DNA of 64,000 nt. It comes from the human T2T-CHM13v2.0 reference genome, Homo sapiens. The translations under genes and the position numbers were made by a program. The notes beneath the pieces were generated by a model. That model ran no database searches. It had not been told where the DNA came from and worked only from the letters and a program-made list of their open reading frames with translations. How positions within the stretch are numbered: position 1 is the first letter of the stretch; each line of letters begins with the position of its first letter. The stretch lies in the NCBI RefSeq assembly GCF_009914755.1, contig NC_060937.1; one strand, written 5' to 3'. This document shows, in pieces, positions 1 through 12,000 of this stretch.

Positions 1-129
1 CCACATCCAGATACTCCAGAAAGAGTGTTTCAAACCTGCTCTATGAAAGGGAATCTTCAACTCTATGAGTTGAATGCAGACATCAGAAAGAAATTTCTGA
101 GAATGCTGCTGTCTACCTTTTATTTGAAT

Positions 130-146
130 TCCCGCTTCCAACGAAA
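130..146 (-). promoter_or_regulatory. CENP-B box (intact); recurs at +130 of every cassette
   Basis: + strand TCCCGCTTCCAACGAAA = minus strand TTTCGTTGGAAGCGGGA, matching the 17-bp motif YTTCGTTGGAARCGGGA with both CpGs. Confidence 0.95.
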
Positions 147-302
147 TCCTCCAAGCTATCCAAATATCCACTTGCAGATTCCACAAAAAGAGTGTTTCAA
201 AACTGCTCTCTATCAATGGCAAAGTTCAACTCTGTTAGTTGAGGACACATATCACCAACAAGTTTCTGAGAATGCTTCTGTCTATTTTTTATGGGAAGAT
301 AT

Positions 303-319
303 TTCCTTTTTCACCGTAG
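303..319 (-). promoter_or_regulatory. pJalpha (A-box) motif of an A-type monomer; recurs in each 7-mer
   Basis: + strand TTCCTTTTTCACCGTAG = minus CTACGGTGAAAAAGGAA, at the position homologous to the CENP-B box in the alternate monomer. Confidence 0.75.
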
Positions 320-469
320 GCGTCAAGGCGATCGAAATGTCCACTTCCACAAACTACAAAAAGAGTGTTTCAAACCTGCTCTATGAAAGGCCATGTTCAT
401 CTCTATGAGTCGAATGGAAATATCCGAAAGAAATTTCTGGGAATGCTGCTGTCTAGTTTTTATACGAAT

Positions 470-486
470 TCCCGCTTCCAACGAAA
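470..486 (-). promoter_or_regulatory. CENP-B box (intact); recurs at +470 of each 7-mer
   Basis: TCCCGCTTCCAACGAAA, 340 bp (one dimer) after the first box. Confidence 0.95.
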
Positions 487-810
487 TCCTCAAAGCAATC
501 CAAATATCCACTTGCAGAATCCACAAAAAGAGTGTTTCAAAACTGCTCTATCAATAGAAAGGTTCAACTCTTTTAGTTGAGTACACACATCACAAACAAG
601 TTTCTGAGAATGCTTCTGTCTGGCTTTTATTGGAAGACGTTTCCTTTTCACCAAAGGCATCAAAGCGCTCCAAATGTCCACTTCCAGATTCTTCCAAAAG
701 AGTGTTTGAAACGTGCTCAAAGTAAGGGAATGTTCAACTCTGTGACTTGAATGCAGATATCACCAAGTAGTTTCTAATAGTGCTTCTGTCTAGATTTTAG
801 ATGATGATAT

Positions 811-827
811 TCCCGTTTCCAACGAAA
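811..827 (-). promoter_or_regulatory. CENP-B box (intact); recurs at +811 of each 7-mer
   Basis: TCCCGTTTCCAACGAAA = minus TTTCGTTGGAAACGGGA. Confidence 0.95.
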
Positions 828-981
828 TCGTTAGAGCTATCCAAATATCCCCTTACAGTTGCTACAAAAACAGTGTTTCCAAACTGCTGCATCAAAAGAA
901 AGGTTCAACTCTGTTAGTTGAGGACACACATCACAAAGAAGTTTGTGAGAATGCTTCTGTCTAGATTTTGTATGACCATAT

Positions 982-998
982 TCCCTTTTCCAACGATA
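982..998 (-). other. Degenerate, presumably non-binding CENP-B box in the extra B-type monomer
   Basis: TCCCTTTTCCAACGATA: the CCCG core is changed to CCCT and CGAA to CGAT. It lies only 171 bp after the +811 box. Confidence 0.8.
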
Positions 999-1190
999 TC
1001 GTTAAAGCAATCTAAATATCCATTTGCAGAATCCACAAAAATAGAGTTTCAAAGCTGCTCTGTAAAAAGAAAGGTTCCACTCTGTTAGCTGAGTACACAC
1101 ATCACAAACTTGTTTCTCAGAATCCTTCTGTCTCGTTTTTATGGGAAGATATTTACTTTTTCACCGTAGGCATCAAAGCGCTCCAAATGT

Positions 1191-3060
1191 CCACATCCAG
1201 ATACTCCAGAAAGAGTGTTTCAAACCTGCTCTATGAAAGGGAATCTTCAACTCTATGAGTTGAATGCAGACATCAGAAAGAAATTTCTCAGAATGCTGCT
1301 GTCTACCTTTTATTTGAATTCCCGCTTCCAACGAAATCCTCCAAGCTATCCAAATATCCACTTGCAGATTCCACAAAAAGAGTGTTTCAAAACTGCTCTC
1401 TATCAATGGCAAAGTTCAACTCTGTTAGTTGAGGACACATATCACCAACAAGTTTCTGAGAATGCTTCTGTCTATTTTTTATGGGAAGATATTTCCTTTT
1501 TCACCATAGGCGTCAAGGCGATCGAAATGTCCACTTCCACAAACTACAAAAAGAGTGTTTCAAACCTGCTCTATGAAAGGCCATGTTCATCTCTATGAGT
1601 CGAATGGAAATATCCGAAAGAAATTTCTGGGAATGCTGCTGTCTAGTTTTTATACGAATTCCCGCTTCCAACGAAATCCTCAAAGCAATCCAAATATCCA
1701 CTTGCAGAATCCACAAAAAGAGTGTTTCAAAACTGCTCTATCAATAGAAAGGTTCAACTCTTTTAGTTGAGTACACACATCACAAACAAGTTTCTGAGAA
1801 TGCTTCTGTCTGGCTTTTATTGGAAGACGTTTCCTTTTCACCAAAGGCATCAAAGCGCTCCAAATGTCCACTTCCAGATTCTTCCAAAAGAGTGTTTGAA
1901 ACGTGCTCAAAGTAAGGGAATGTTCAACTCTGTGACTTGAATGCAGATATCACCAAGTAGTTTCTAATAGTGCTTCTGTCTAGATTTTAGATGATGATAT
2001 TCCCGTTTCCAACGAAATTGTTAGAGCTATCCAAATATCCACTTACAGTTTCTACAAAAAGAGTGTTTCCAAACTGCTGCATCAAAAGAAAGGTTCAACT
2101 CTGTTAGTTGAGGACACACATCACAAAGAAGTTTGTGAGAATGCTTCTGTCTAGATTTTGTATGACCATATTCCCTTTTCCAGCGATATCATTAAAGCAA
2201 TCTAAATATCCATTTGCAGAATCCACAAAAATAGAGTTTCAAAGCTGCTCTGTAAAAAGAAAGGTTCCACTCTGTTAGCTGAGTACACACATCACAAACT
2301 TGTTTCTGAGAATCCTTCTGTCTCGTTTTTATGGGAAGATATTTACTTTTTCACCGTAGGCATCAAAGCGCTCCAAATGTCCACATCCAGATACTCCAGA
2401 AAGAGTGTTTCAAACCTGCTCTATGAAAGGGAATCTTCAACTCTATGAGTTGAATGCAGACATCAGAAAGAAATTTCTGAGAATGCTGCTGTCTACCTTT
2501 TATTTGAATTCCCGCTTCCAACGAAATCCTCCAAGCTATCCAAATATCCACCTGCATTTTCCACAAAAAGAGCGTTTCAAAACTGCTCTATCAATAGAAA
2601 TGTTCAACTCCTTTGGCTGGGTACACACATCACAAACAAGTTTCTGAGAATGCTTCTGTCTAGTTTTTATGGGAAGACATTCCCTTTTTCACCAAAGGCA
2701 TCAAAGCGCTCCAAATGTCCACTTCCAGACACTACAAAAAGAGTGTTTCCAACGTGCTCTAAGAAAGCGAATGTTCAACTCTGTGACTTGAATGCAGATA
2801 TCACAAAGTAGTTTCTGAGAGGGCTTCTGTCTAGATTTTAGATGATGATATTCCCGTTTCCAACGAAATCATTAGAGCTATCCAAATATCCACTTACAGT
2901 TTCTACAAAAAGAGTGTTTCCAAACTGCTGCATCAAAAGAGAGGTTCCACTCTGTTAGCTGAGTACACACATCACAAACTTGTTTCTCAGAATCCTTCTG
3001 TCTCGTTTTTCTGGGAAGATATTTACTTTTTCACCGTAGGCATCAAAGCGCTCCAAATGT
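1191..3060 (-). repeat. Representative 11-mer HOR (7-mer + 4-mer, 1870 bp, 5 intact CENP-B boxes)
   Basis: 7-mer 1191-2380 followed by 4-mer 2381-3060, with boxes at 1320, 1660, 2001, 2510 and 2852. Sixteen such 7->4 junctions occur in the window. Confidence 0.9.
2381..3060 (-). repeat. Representative standard 4-mer HOR cassette (680 bp, 2 CENP-B boxes)
   Basis: Diagnostic strings cacctgcatttt, gagcgtttc, ctttggctgggtacac. Twelve standard-type copies: 2381-3060, 4249-4928, 7309-7988, 12747-13426, 18863-19542, 28039-28718, 42654-43333, 44524-45203, 47584-48263, 49454-50133, 57274-57953, 61524-62203. Confidence 0.93.
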
Positions 3061-6000
3061 CCACATCCAGATACTCCAGAAAGAGTGTTTCAAACCTGCT
3101 CTATGAAAGGGAATCTTCAACTCTATGAGTTGAATGCAGACATCAGAAAGAAATTTCTGAGAATGCTGCTGTCTACCTTTTATTTGAATTCCCGCTTCCA
3201 ACGAAATCCTCCAAGCTATCCAAATATCCACTTGCAGATTCCACAAAAAGAGTGTTTCAAAACTGCTCTCTATCAATGGCAAAGTTCAACTCTGTTAGTT
3301 GAGGACACATATCACCAACAAGTTTCTGAGAATGCTTCTGTCTATTTTTTATGGGAAGATATTTCCTTTTTCACCGTAGGCGTCAAGGCGATCGAAATGT
3401 CCACTTCCACAAACTACAAAAAGAGTGTTTCAAACCTGCTCTATGAAAGGCCATGTTCATCTCTATGAGTCGAATGGAAATATCCGAAAGAAATTTCTGG
3501 GAATGCTGCTGTCTAGTTTTTATACGAATTCCCGCTTCCAACGAAATCCTCAAAGCAATCCAAATATCCACTTGCAGAATCCACAAAAAGAGTGTTTCAA
3601 AACTGCTCTATCAATAGAAAGGTTCAACTCTTTTAGTTGAGTACACACATCACAAACAAGTTTCTGAGAATGCTTCTGTCTGGCTTTTATTGGAAGACGT
3701 TTCCTTTTCACCAAAGGCATCAAAGCGCTCCAAATGTCCACTTCCAGATTCTTCCAAAAGAGTGTTTGAAACGTGCTCAAAGTAAGGGAATGTTCAACTC
3801 TGTGACTTGAATGCAGATATCACCAAGTAGTTTCTAATAGTGCTTCTGTCTAGATTTTAGATGATGATATTCCCGTTTCCAACGAAATCGTTAGAGCTAT
3901 CCAAATATCCACTTAGTTTCTACAAAAAGAGTGTTTCCAAACTGCTGCATCAAAAGAAAGGTTCAACTCTGTTAGTTGAGGACACACATCACAAAGAAGT
4001 TTGTGAGAATGCTTCTGTCTAGATTTTGTATGACCATATTCCCTTTTCCAGCGATATCATTAAAGCAATCTAAATATCCATTTGCAGAATCCACAAAAAT
4101 AGAGTTTCAAAGCTGCTCTGTAAAAAGAAAGGTTCCACTCTGTTAGCTGAGTACACACATCACAAACTTGTTTCTCAGAATCCTTCTGTCTCGTTTTTAT
4201 GGGAAGATATTTACTTTTTCACCGTAGGCATCAAAGCGCTCCAAATGTCCACATCCAGATACTCCAGAAAGAGTGTTTCAAACCTGCTCTATGAAAGGGA
4301 ATCTTCAACTCTATGAGTTGAATGCAGACATCAGAAAGAAATTTCTGAGAATGCTGCTGTCTACCTTTTATTTGAATTCCCGCTTCCAACGAAATCCTCC
4401 AAGCTATCCAAATATCCACCTGCATTTTCCACAAAAAGAGCGTTTCAAAACTGCTCTATCAATAGAAATGTTCAACTCCTTTGGCTGGGTACACACATCA
4501 CAAACAAGTTTCTGAGAATGCTTCTGTCTAGTTTTTATGGGAAGACATTCCCTTTTTCACCAAAGGCATCAAAGCGCTCCAAATGTCCACTTCCAGACAC
4601 TACAAAAAGAGTGTTTCCAACGTGCTCTAAGAAAGCGAATGTTCAACTCTGTGACTTGAATGCAGATATCACAAAGTAGTTTCTGAGAGGGCTTCTGTCT
4701 AGATTTTAGATGATGATATTCCCGTTTCCAACGAAATCATTAGAGCTATCCAAATATCCACTTACAGTTTCTACAAAAAGAGTGTTTCCAAACTGCTGCA
4801 TCAAAAGAGAGGTTCCACTCTGTTAGCTGAGTACACACATCACAAACTTGTTTCTCAGAATCCTTCTGTCTCGTTTTTCTGGGAAGATATTTACTTTTTC
4901 ACCGTAGGCATCAAAGCGCTCCAAATGTCCACATCCAGATACTCCAGAAAGAGTGTTTCAAACCTGCTCTATGAAAGGGAATCTTCAACTCTATGAGTTG
5001 AATGCAGACATCAGAAAGAAATTTCTGAGAATGCTGCTGTCTACCTTTTATTTGAATTCCCGCTTCCAACGAAATCCTCCAAGCTATCCAAATATCCACT
5101 TGCAGATTCCACAAAAAGAGTGTTTCAAAACTGCTCTCTATCAATGGCAAAGTTCAACTCTGTTAGTTGAGGACACATATCACCAACAAGTTTCTGAGAA
5201 TGCTTCTGTCTATTTTTTATGGGAAGATATTTCCTTTTTCACCGTAGGCGTCAAGGCGATCGAAATGTCCACTTCCACAAACTACAAAAAGAGTGTTTCA
5301 AACCTGCTCTATGAAAGGCCATGTTCATCTCTATGAGTCGAATGGAAATATCCGAAAGAAATTTCTGGGAATGCTGCTGTCTAGTTTTTATACGAATTCC
5401 CGCTTCCAACGAAATCCTCAAAGCAATCCAAATATCCACTTGCAGAATCCACAAAAAGAGTGTTTCAAAACTGCTCTATCAATAGAAAGGTTCAACTCTT
5501 TTAGTTGAGTACACACATCACAAACAAGTTTCTGAGAATGCTTCTGTCTGGCTTTTATTGGAAGACGTTTCCTTTTCACCAAAGGCATCAAAGCGCTCCA
5601 AATGTCCACTTCCAGATTCTTCCAAAAGAGTGTTTGAAACGTGCTCAAAGTAAGGGAATGTTCAACTCTGTGACTTGAATGCAGATATCACCAAGTAGTT
5701 TCTAATAGTGCTTCTGTCTAGATTTTAGATGATGATATTCCCGTTTCCAACGAAATCGTTAGAGCTATCCAAATATCCACTTACAGTTGCTACAAAAACA
5801 GTGTTTCCAAACTGCTGCATCAAAAGAAAGGTTCAACTCTGTTAGTTGAGGACACACATCACAAAGAAGTTTGTGAGAATGCTTCTGTCTAGATTTTGTA
5901 TGACGATATTCCCTTTTCCAACGATATCGTTAAAGCAATCTAAATATCCATTTGCAGAATCCACAAAAATAGAGTTTCAAAGCTGCTCTGTAAAAAGAAA

Positions 6001-9000
6001 GGTTCCACTCTGTTAGCTGAGTACACACATCACAAACTTGTTTCTCAGAATCCTTCTGTCTCGTTTTTATGGGAAGATATTTACTTTTTCACCGTAGGCA
6101 TCAAAGCGCTCCAAATGTCCACATCCAGATACTCCAGAAAGAGTGTTTCAAACCTGCTCTATGAAAGGGAATCTTCAACTCTATGAGTTGAATGCAGACA
6201 TCAGAAAGAAATTTCTGAGAATGCTGCTGTCTACCTTTTATTTGAATTCCCGCTTCCAACGAAATCCTCCAAGCTATCCAAATATCCACTTGCAGATTCC
6301 ACAAAAAGAGTGTTTCAAAACTGCTCTCTATCAATGGCAAAGTTCAACTCTGTTAGTTGAGGACACATATCACCAACAAGTTTCTGAGAATGCTTCTGTC
6401 TATTTTTTATGGGAAGATATTTCCTTTTTCACCGTAGGCGTCAAGGCGATCGAAATGTCCACTTCCACAAACTACAAAAAGAGTGTTTCAAACCTGCTCT
6501 ATGAAAGGCCATGTTCATCTCTATGAGTCGAATGGAAATATCCGAAAGAAATTTCTGGGAATGCTGCTGTCTAGTTTTTATACGAATTCCCGCTTCCAAC
6601 GAAATCCTCAAAGCAATCCAAATATCCACTTGCAGAATCCACAAAAAGAGTGTTTCAAAACTGCTCTATCAATAGAAAGGTTCAACTCTTTTAGTTGAGT
6701 ACACACATCACAAACAAGTTTCTGAGAATGCTTCTGTCTGGCTTTTATTGGAAGACGTTTCCTTTTCACCAAAGGCATCAAAGCGCTCCAAATGTCCACT
6801 TCCAGATTCTTCCAAAAGAGTGTTTGAAACGTGCTCAAAGTAAGGGAATGTTCAACTCTGTGACTTGAATGCAGATATCACCAAGTAGTTTCTAATAGTG
6901 CTTCTGTCTAGATTTTAGATGATGATATTCCCGTTTCCAACGAAATTGTTAGAGCTATCCAAATATCCACTTACAGTTTCTACAAAAAGAGTGTTTCCAA
7001 ACTGCTGCATCAAAAGAAAGGTTCAACTCTGTTAGTTGAGGACACACATCACAAAGAAGTTTGTGAGAATGCTTCTGTCTAGATTTTGTATGACCATATT
7101 CCCTTTTCCAGCGATATCATTAAAGCAATCTAAATATCCATTTGCAGAATCCACAAAAATAGAGTTTCAAAGCTGCTCTGTAAAAAGAAAGGTTCCACTC
7201 TGTTAGCTGAGTACACACATCACAAACTTGTTTCTGAGAATCCTTCTGTCTCGTTTTTATGGGAAGATATTTACTTTTTCACCGTAGGCATCAAAGCGCT
7301 CCAAATGTCCACATCCAGATACTCCAGAAAGAGTGTTTCAAACCTGCTCTATGAAAGGGAATCTTCAACTCTATGAGTTGAATGCAGACATCAGAAAGAA
7401 ATTTCTGAGAATGCTGCTGTCTACCTTTTATTTGAATTCCCGCTTCCAACGAAATCCTCCAAGCTATCCAAATATCCACCTGCATTTTCCACAAAAAGAG
7501 CGTTTCAAAACTGCTCTATCAATAGAAATGTTCAACTCCTTTGGCTGGGTACACACATCACAAACAAGTTTCTGAGAATGCTTCTGTCTAGTTTTTATGG
7601 GAAGACATTCCCTTTTTCACCAAAGGCATCAAAGCGCTCCAAATGTCCACTTCCAGACACTACAAAAAGAGTGTTTCCAACGTGCTCTAAGAAAGCGAAT
7701 GTTCAACTCTGTGACTTGAATGCAGATATCACAAAGTAGTTTCTGAGAGGGCTTCTGTCTAGATTTTAGATGATGATATTCCCGTTTCCAACGAAATCAT
7801 TAGAGCTATCCAAATATCCACTTACAGTTTCTACAAAAAGAGTGTTTCCAAACTGCTGCATCAAAAGAGAGGTTCCACTCTGTTAGCTGAGTACACACAT
7901 CACAAACTTGTTTCTCAGAATCCTTCTGTCTCGTTTTTCTGGGAAGATATTTACTTTTTCACCGTAGGCATCAAAGCGCTCCAAATGTCCACATCCAGAT
8001 ACTCCAGAAAGAGTGTTTCAAACCTGCTCTATGAAAGGGAATCTTCAACTCTATGAGTTGAATGCAGACATCAGAAAGAAATTTCTGAGAATGCTGCTGT
8101 CTACCTTTTATTTGAATTCCCGCTTCCAACGAAATCCTCCAAGCTATCCAAATATCCACTTGCAGATTCCACAAAAAGAGTGTTTCAAAACTGCTCTCTA
8201 TCAATGGCAAAGTTCAACTCTGTTAGTTGAGGACACATATCACCAACAAGTTTCTGAGAATGCTTCTGTCTATTTTTTATGGGAAGATATTTCCTTTTTC
8301 ACCGTAGGCGTCAAGGCGATCGAAATGTCCACTTCCACAAACTACAAAAAGAGTGTTTCAAACCTGCTCTATGAAAGGCCATGTTCATCTCTATGAGTCG
8401 AATGGAAATATCCGAAAGAAATTTCTGGGAATGCTGCTGTCTAGTTTTTATACGAATTCCCGCTTCCAACGAAATCCTCAAAGCAATCCAAATATCCACT
8501 TGCAGAATCCACAAAAAGAGTGTTTCAAAACTGCTCTATCAATAGAAAGGTTCAACTCTTTTAGTTGAGTACACACATCACAAACAAGTTTCTGAGAATG
8601 CTTCTGTCTGGCTTTTATTGGAAGACGTTTCCTTTTCACCAAAGGCATCAAAGCGCTCCAAATGTCCACTTCCAGATTCTTCCAAAAGAGTGTTTGAAAC
8701 GTGCTCAAAGTAAGGGAATGTTCAACTCTGTGACTTGAATGCAGATATCACCAAGTAGTTTCTAATAGTGCTTCTGTCTAGATTTTAGATGATGATATTC
8801 CCGTTTCCAACGAAATCGTTAGAGCTATCCAAATATCCACTTACAGTTGCTACAAAAACAGTGTTTCCAAACTGCTGCATCAAAAGAAAGGTTCAACTCT
8901 GTTAGTTGAGGACACACGTCACAAAGAAGTTTGTGAGAATGCTTCTGTCTAGATTTTGTATGACGATATTCCCTTTTCCAACGATATCGTTAAAGCAATC

Positions 9001-12000
9001 TAAATATCCATTTGCAGAATCCACAAAAATAGAGTTTCAAAGCTGCTCTGTAAAAAGAAAGGTTCCACTCTGTTAGCTGAGTACACACATCACAAACTTG
9101 TTTCTCAGAATCCTTCTGTCTCGTTTTTCTGGGAAGATATTTACTTTTTCACCGTAGGCATCAAAGCGCTCCAAATGTCCACATCCAGATACTCCAGAAA
9201 GAGTGTTTCAAACCTGCTCTATGAAAGGGAATCTTCAACTCTATGAGTTGAATGCAGACATCAGAAAGAAATTTCTGAGAATGCTGCTGTCTACCTTTTA
9301 TTTGAATTCCCGCTTCCAACGAAATCCTCCAAGCTATCCAAATATCCACTTGCAGATTCCACAAAAAGAGTGTTTCAAAACTGCTCTCTATCAATGGCAA
9401 AGTTCAACTCTGTTAGTTGAGGACACATATCACCAACAAGTTTCTGAGAATGCTTCTGTCTATTTTTTATGGGAAGATATTTCCTTTTTCACCGTAGGCG
9501 TCAAGGCGATCGAAATGTCCACTTCCACAAACTACAAAAAGAGTGTTTCAAACCTGCTCTATGAAAGGCCATGTTCATCTCTATGAGTCGAATGGAAATA
9601 TCCGAAAGAAATTTCTGGGAATGCTGCTGTCTAGTTTTTATACGAATTCCCGCTTCCAACGAAATCCTCAAAGCAATCCAAATATCCACTTGCAGAATCC
9701 ACAAAAAGAGTGTTTCAAAACTGCTCTATCAATAGAAAGGTTCAACTCTTTTAGTTGAGTACACACATCACAAACAAGTTTCTGAGAATGCTTCTGTCTG
9801 GCTTTTATTGGAAGACGTTTCCTTTTCACCAAAGGCATCAAAGCGCTCCAAATGTCCACTTCCAGATTCTTCCAAAAGAGTGTTTGAAACGTGCTCAAAG
9901 TAAGGGAATGTTCAACTCTGTGACTTGAATGCAGATATCACCAAGTAGTTTCTAATAGTGCTTCTGTCTAGATTTTAGATGATGATATTCCCGTTTCCAA
10001 CGAAATCGTTAGAGCTATCCAAATATCCCCTTACAGTTGCTACAAAAACAGTGTTTCCAAACTGCTGCATCAAAAGAAAGGTTCAACTCTGTTAGTTGAG
10101 GACACACATCACAAAGAAGTTTGTGAGAATGCTTCTGTCTAGATTTTGTATGACGATATTCCCTTTTCCAACGATATCGTTAAAGCAATCTAAATATCCA
10201 TTTGCAGAATCCACAAAAATAGAGTTTCAAAGCTGCTCTGTAAAAAGAAAGGTTGCACTCTGTTAGCTGAGTACACACATCACAAACTTGTTTCTCAGAA
10301 TCCTTCTGTCTCGTTTTTCTGGGAAGATATTTACTTTTTCACCGTAGGCATCAAAGCGCTCCAAATGTCCACATCCAGATACTCCAGAAAGAGTGTTTCA
10401 AACCTGCTCTATGAAAGGGAATCTTCAACTCTATGAGTTGAATGCAGACATCAGAAAGAAATTTCTGAGAATGCTGCTGTCTACCTTTTATTTGAATTCC
10501 CGCTTCCAACGAAATCCTCCAAGCTATCCAAATATCCACTTGCAGATTCCACAAAAAGAGTGTTTCAAAACTGCTCTCTATCAATGGCAAAGTTCAACTC
10601 TGTTAGTTGAGGACACATATCACCAACAAGTTTCTGAGAATGCTTCTGTCTATTTTTTATGGGAAGATATTTCCTTTTTCACCGTAGGCGTCAAGGCGAT
10701 CGAAATGTCCACTTCCACAAACTACAAAAAGAGTGTTTCAAACCTGCTCTATGAAAGGCCATGTTCATCTCTATGAGTCGAATGGAAATATCCGAAAGAA
10801 ATTTCTGGGAATGCTGCTGTCTAGTTTTTATACGAATTCCCGCTTCCAACGAAATCCTCAAAGCAATCCAAATATCCACTTGCAGAATCCACAAAAAGAG
10901 TGTTTCAAAACTGCTCTATCAATAGAAAGGTTCAACTCTTTTAGTTGAGTACACACATCACAAACAAGTTTCTGAGAATGCTTCGGTCTGGCTTTTATTG
11001 GAAGACGTTTCCTTTTCACCAAAGGCATCAAAGCGCTCCAAATGTCCACTTCCAGATTCTTCCAAAAGAGTGTTTGAAACGTGCTCAAAGTAAGGGAATG
11101 TTCAACTCTGTGACTTGAATGCAGATATCACCAAGTAGTTTCTAATAGTGCTTCTGTCTAGATTTTAGATGATGATATTCCCGTTTCCAACGAAATCGTT
11201 AGAGCTATCCAAATATCCACTTACAGTTGCTACAAAAACAGTGTTTCCAAACTGCTGCATCAAAAGAAAGGTTCAACTCTGTTAGTTGAGGACACACGTC
11301 ACAAAGAAGTTTGTGAGAATGCTTCTGTCTAGATTTTGTATGACGATATTCCCTTTTCCAACGATATCGTTAAAGCAATCTAAATATCCATTTGCAGAAT
11401 CCACAAAAATAGAGTTTCAAAGCTGCTCTGTAAAAAGAAAGGTTCCACTCTGTTAGCTGAGTACACACATCACAAACTTGTTTCTCAGAATCCTTCTGTC
11501 TCGTTTTTCTGGGAAGATATTTACTTTTTCACCGTAGGCATCAAAGCGCTCCAAATGTCCACATCCAGATACTCCAGAAAGAGTGTTTCAAACCTGCTCT
11601 ATGAAAGGGAATCTTCAACTCTATGAGTTGAATGCAGACATCAGAAAGAAATTTCTGAGAATGCTGCTGTCTACCTTTTATTTGAATTCCCGCTTCCAAC
11701 GAAATCCTCCAAGCTATCCAAATATCCACTTGCAGATTCCACAAAAAGAGTGTTTCAAAACTGCTCTCTATCAATGGCAAAGTTCAACTCTGTTAGTTGA
11801 GGACACATATCACCAACAAGTTTCTGAGAATGCTTCTGTCTATTTTTTATGGGAAGATATTTCCTTTTTCACCGTAGGCGTCAAGGCGATCGAAATGTCC
11901 ACTTCCACAAACTACAAAAAGAGTGTTTCAAACCTGCTCTATGAAAGGCCATGTTCATCTCTATGAGTCGAATGGAAATATCCGAAAGAAATTTCTGGGA

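Larger units (their letters stand above)
1..1190 (-). repeat. Representative 7-mer HOR cassette (1190 bp); monomer order on + strand B-A-B-A-B-B*(degenerate)-A
   Basis: Position 1 (ccacatccagatactccaga) recurs at 1191. Intact CENP-B boxes at 130, 470 and 811, a degenerate box at 982, and A-type sites near 303, 641 and 1153. 7-mer runs: 1-2380, 3061-4248, 4929-7308, 7989-12746, 13427-15806, 16485-18862, 20223-23792, 24471-28038, 29399-32968, 33647-37216, 37895-42653, 43334-44523, 45204-47583, 48264-49453, 50134-57273, 57954-61523, 62204-64000. Unit phase is arbitrary (set to window start). Confidence 0.95.

Noticed and set aside
10255-10985. Isolated private SNVs (10255, 10985; also 1289, 1506, 17936, 42960, 47886, 52106)
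   Set aside because: These are singletons outside CENP-B cores and cannot be distinguished from consensus errors without reads. They are useful only as mapping markers.
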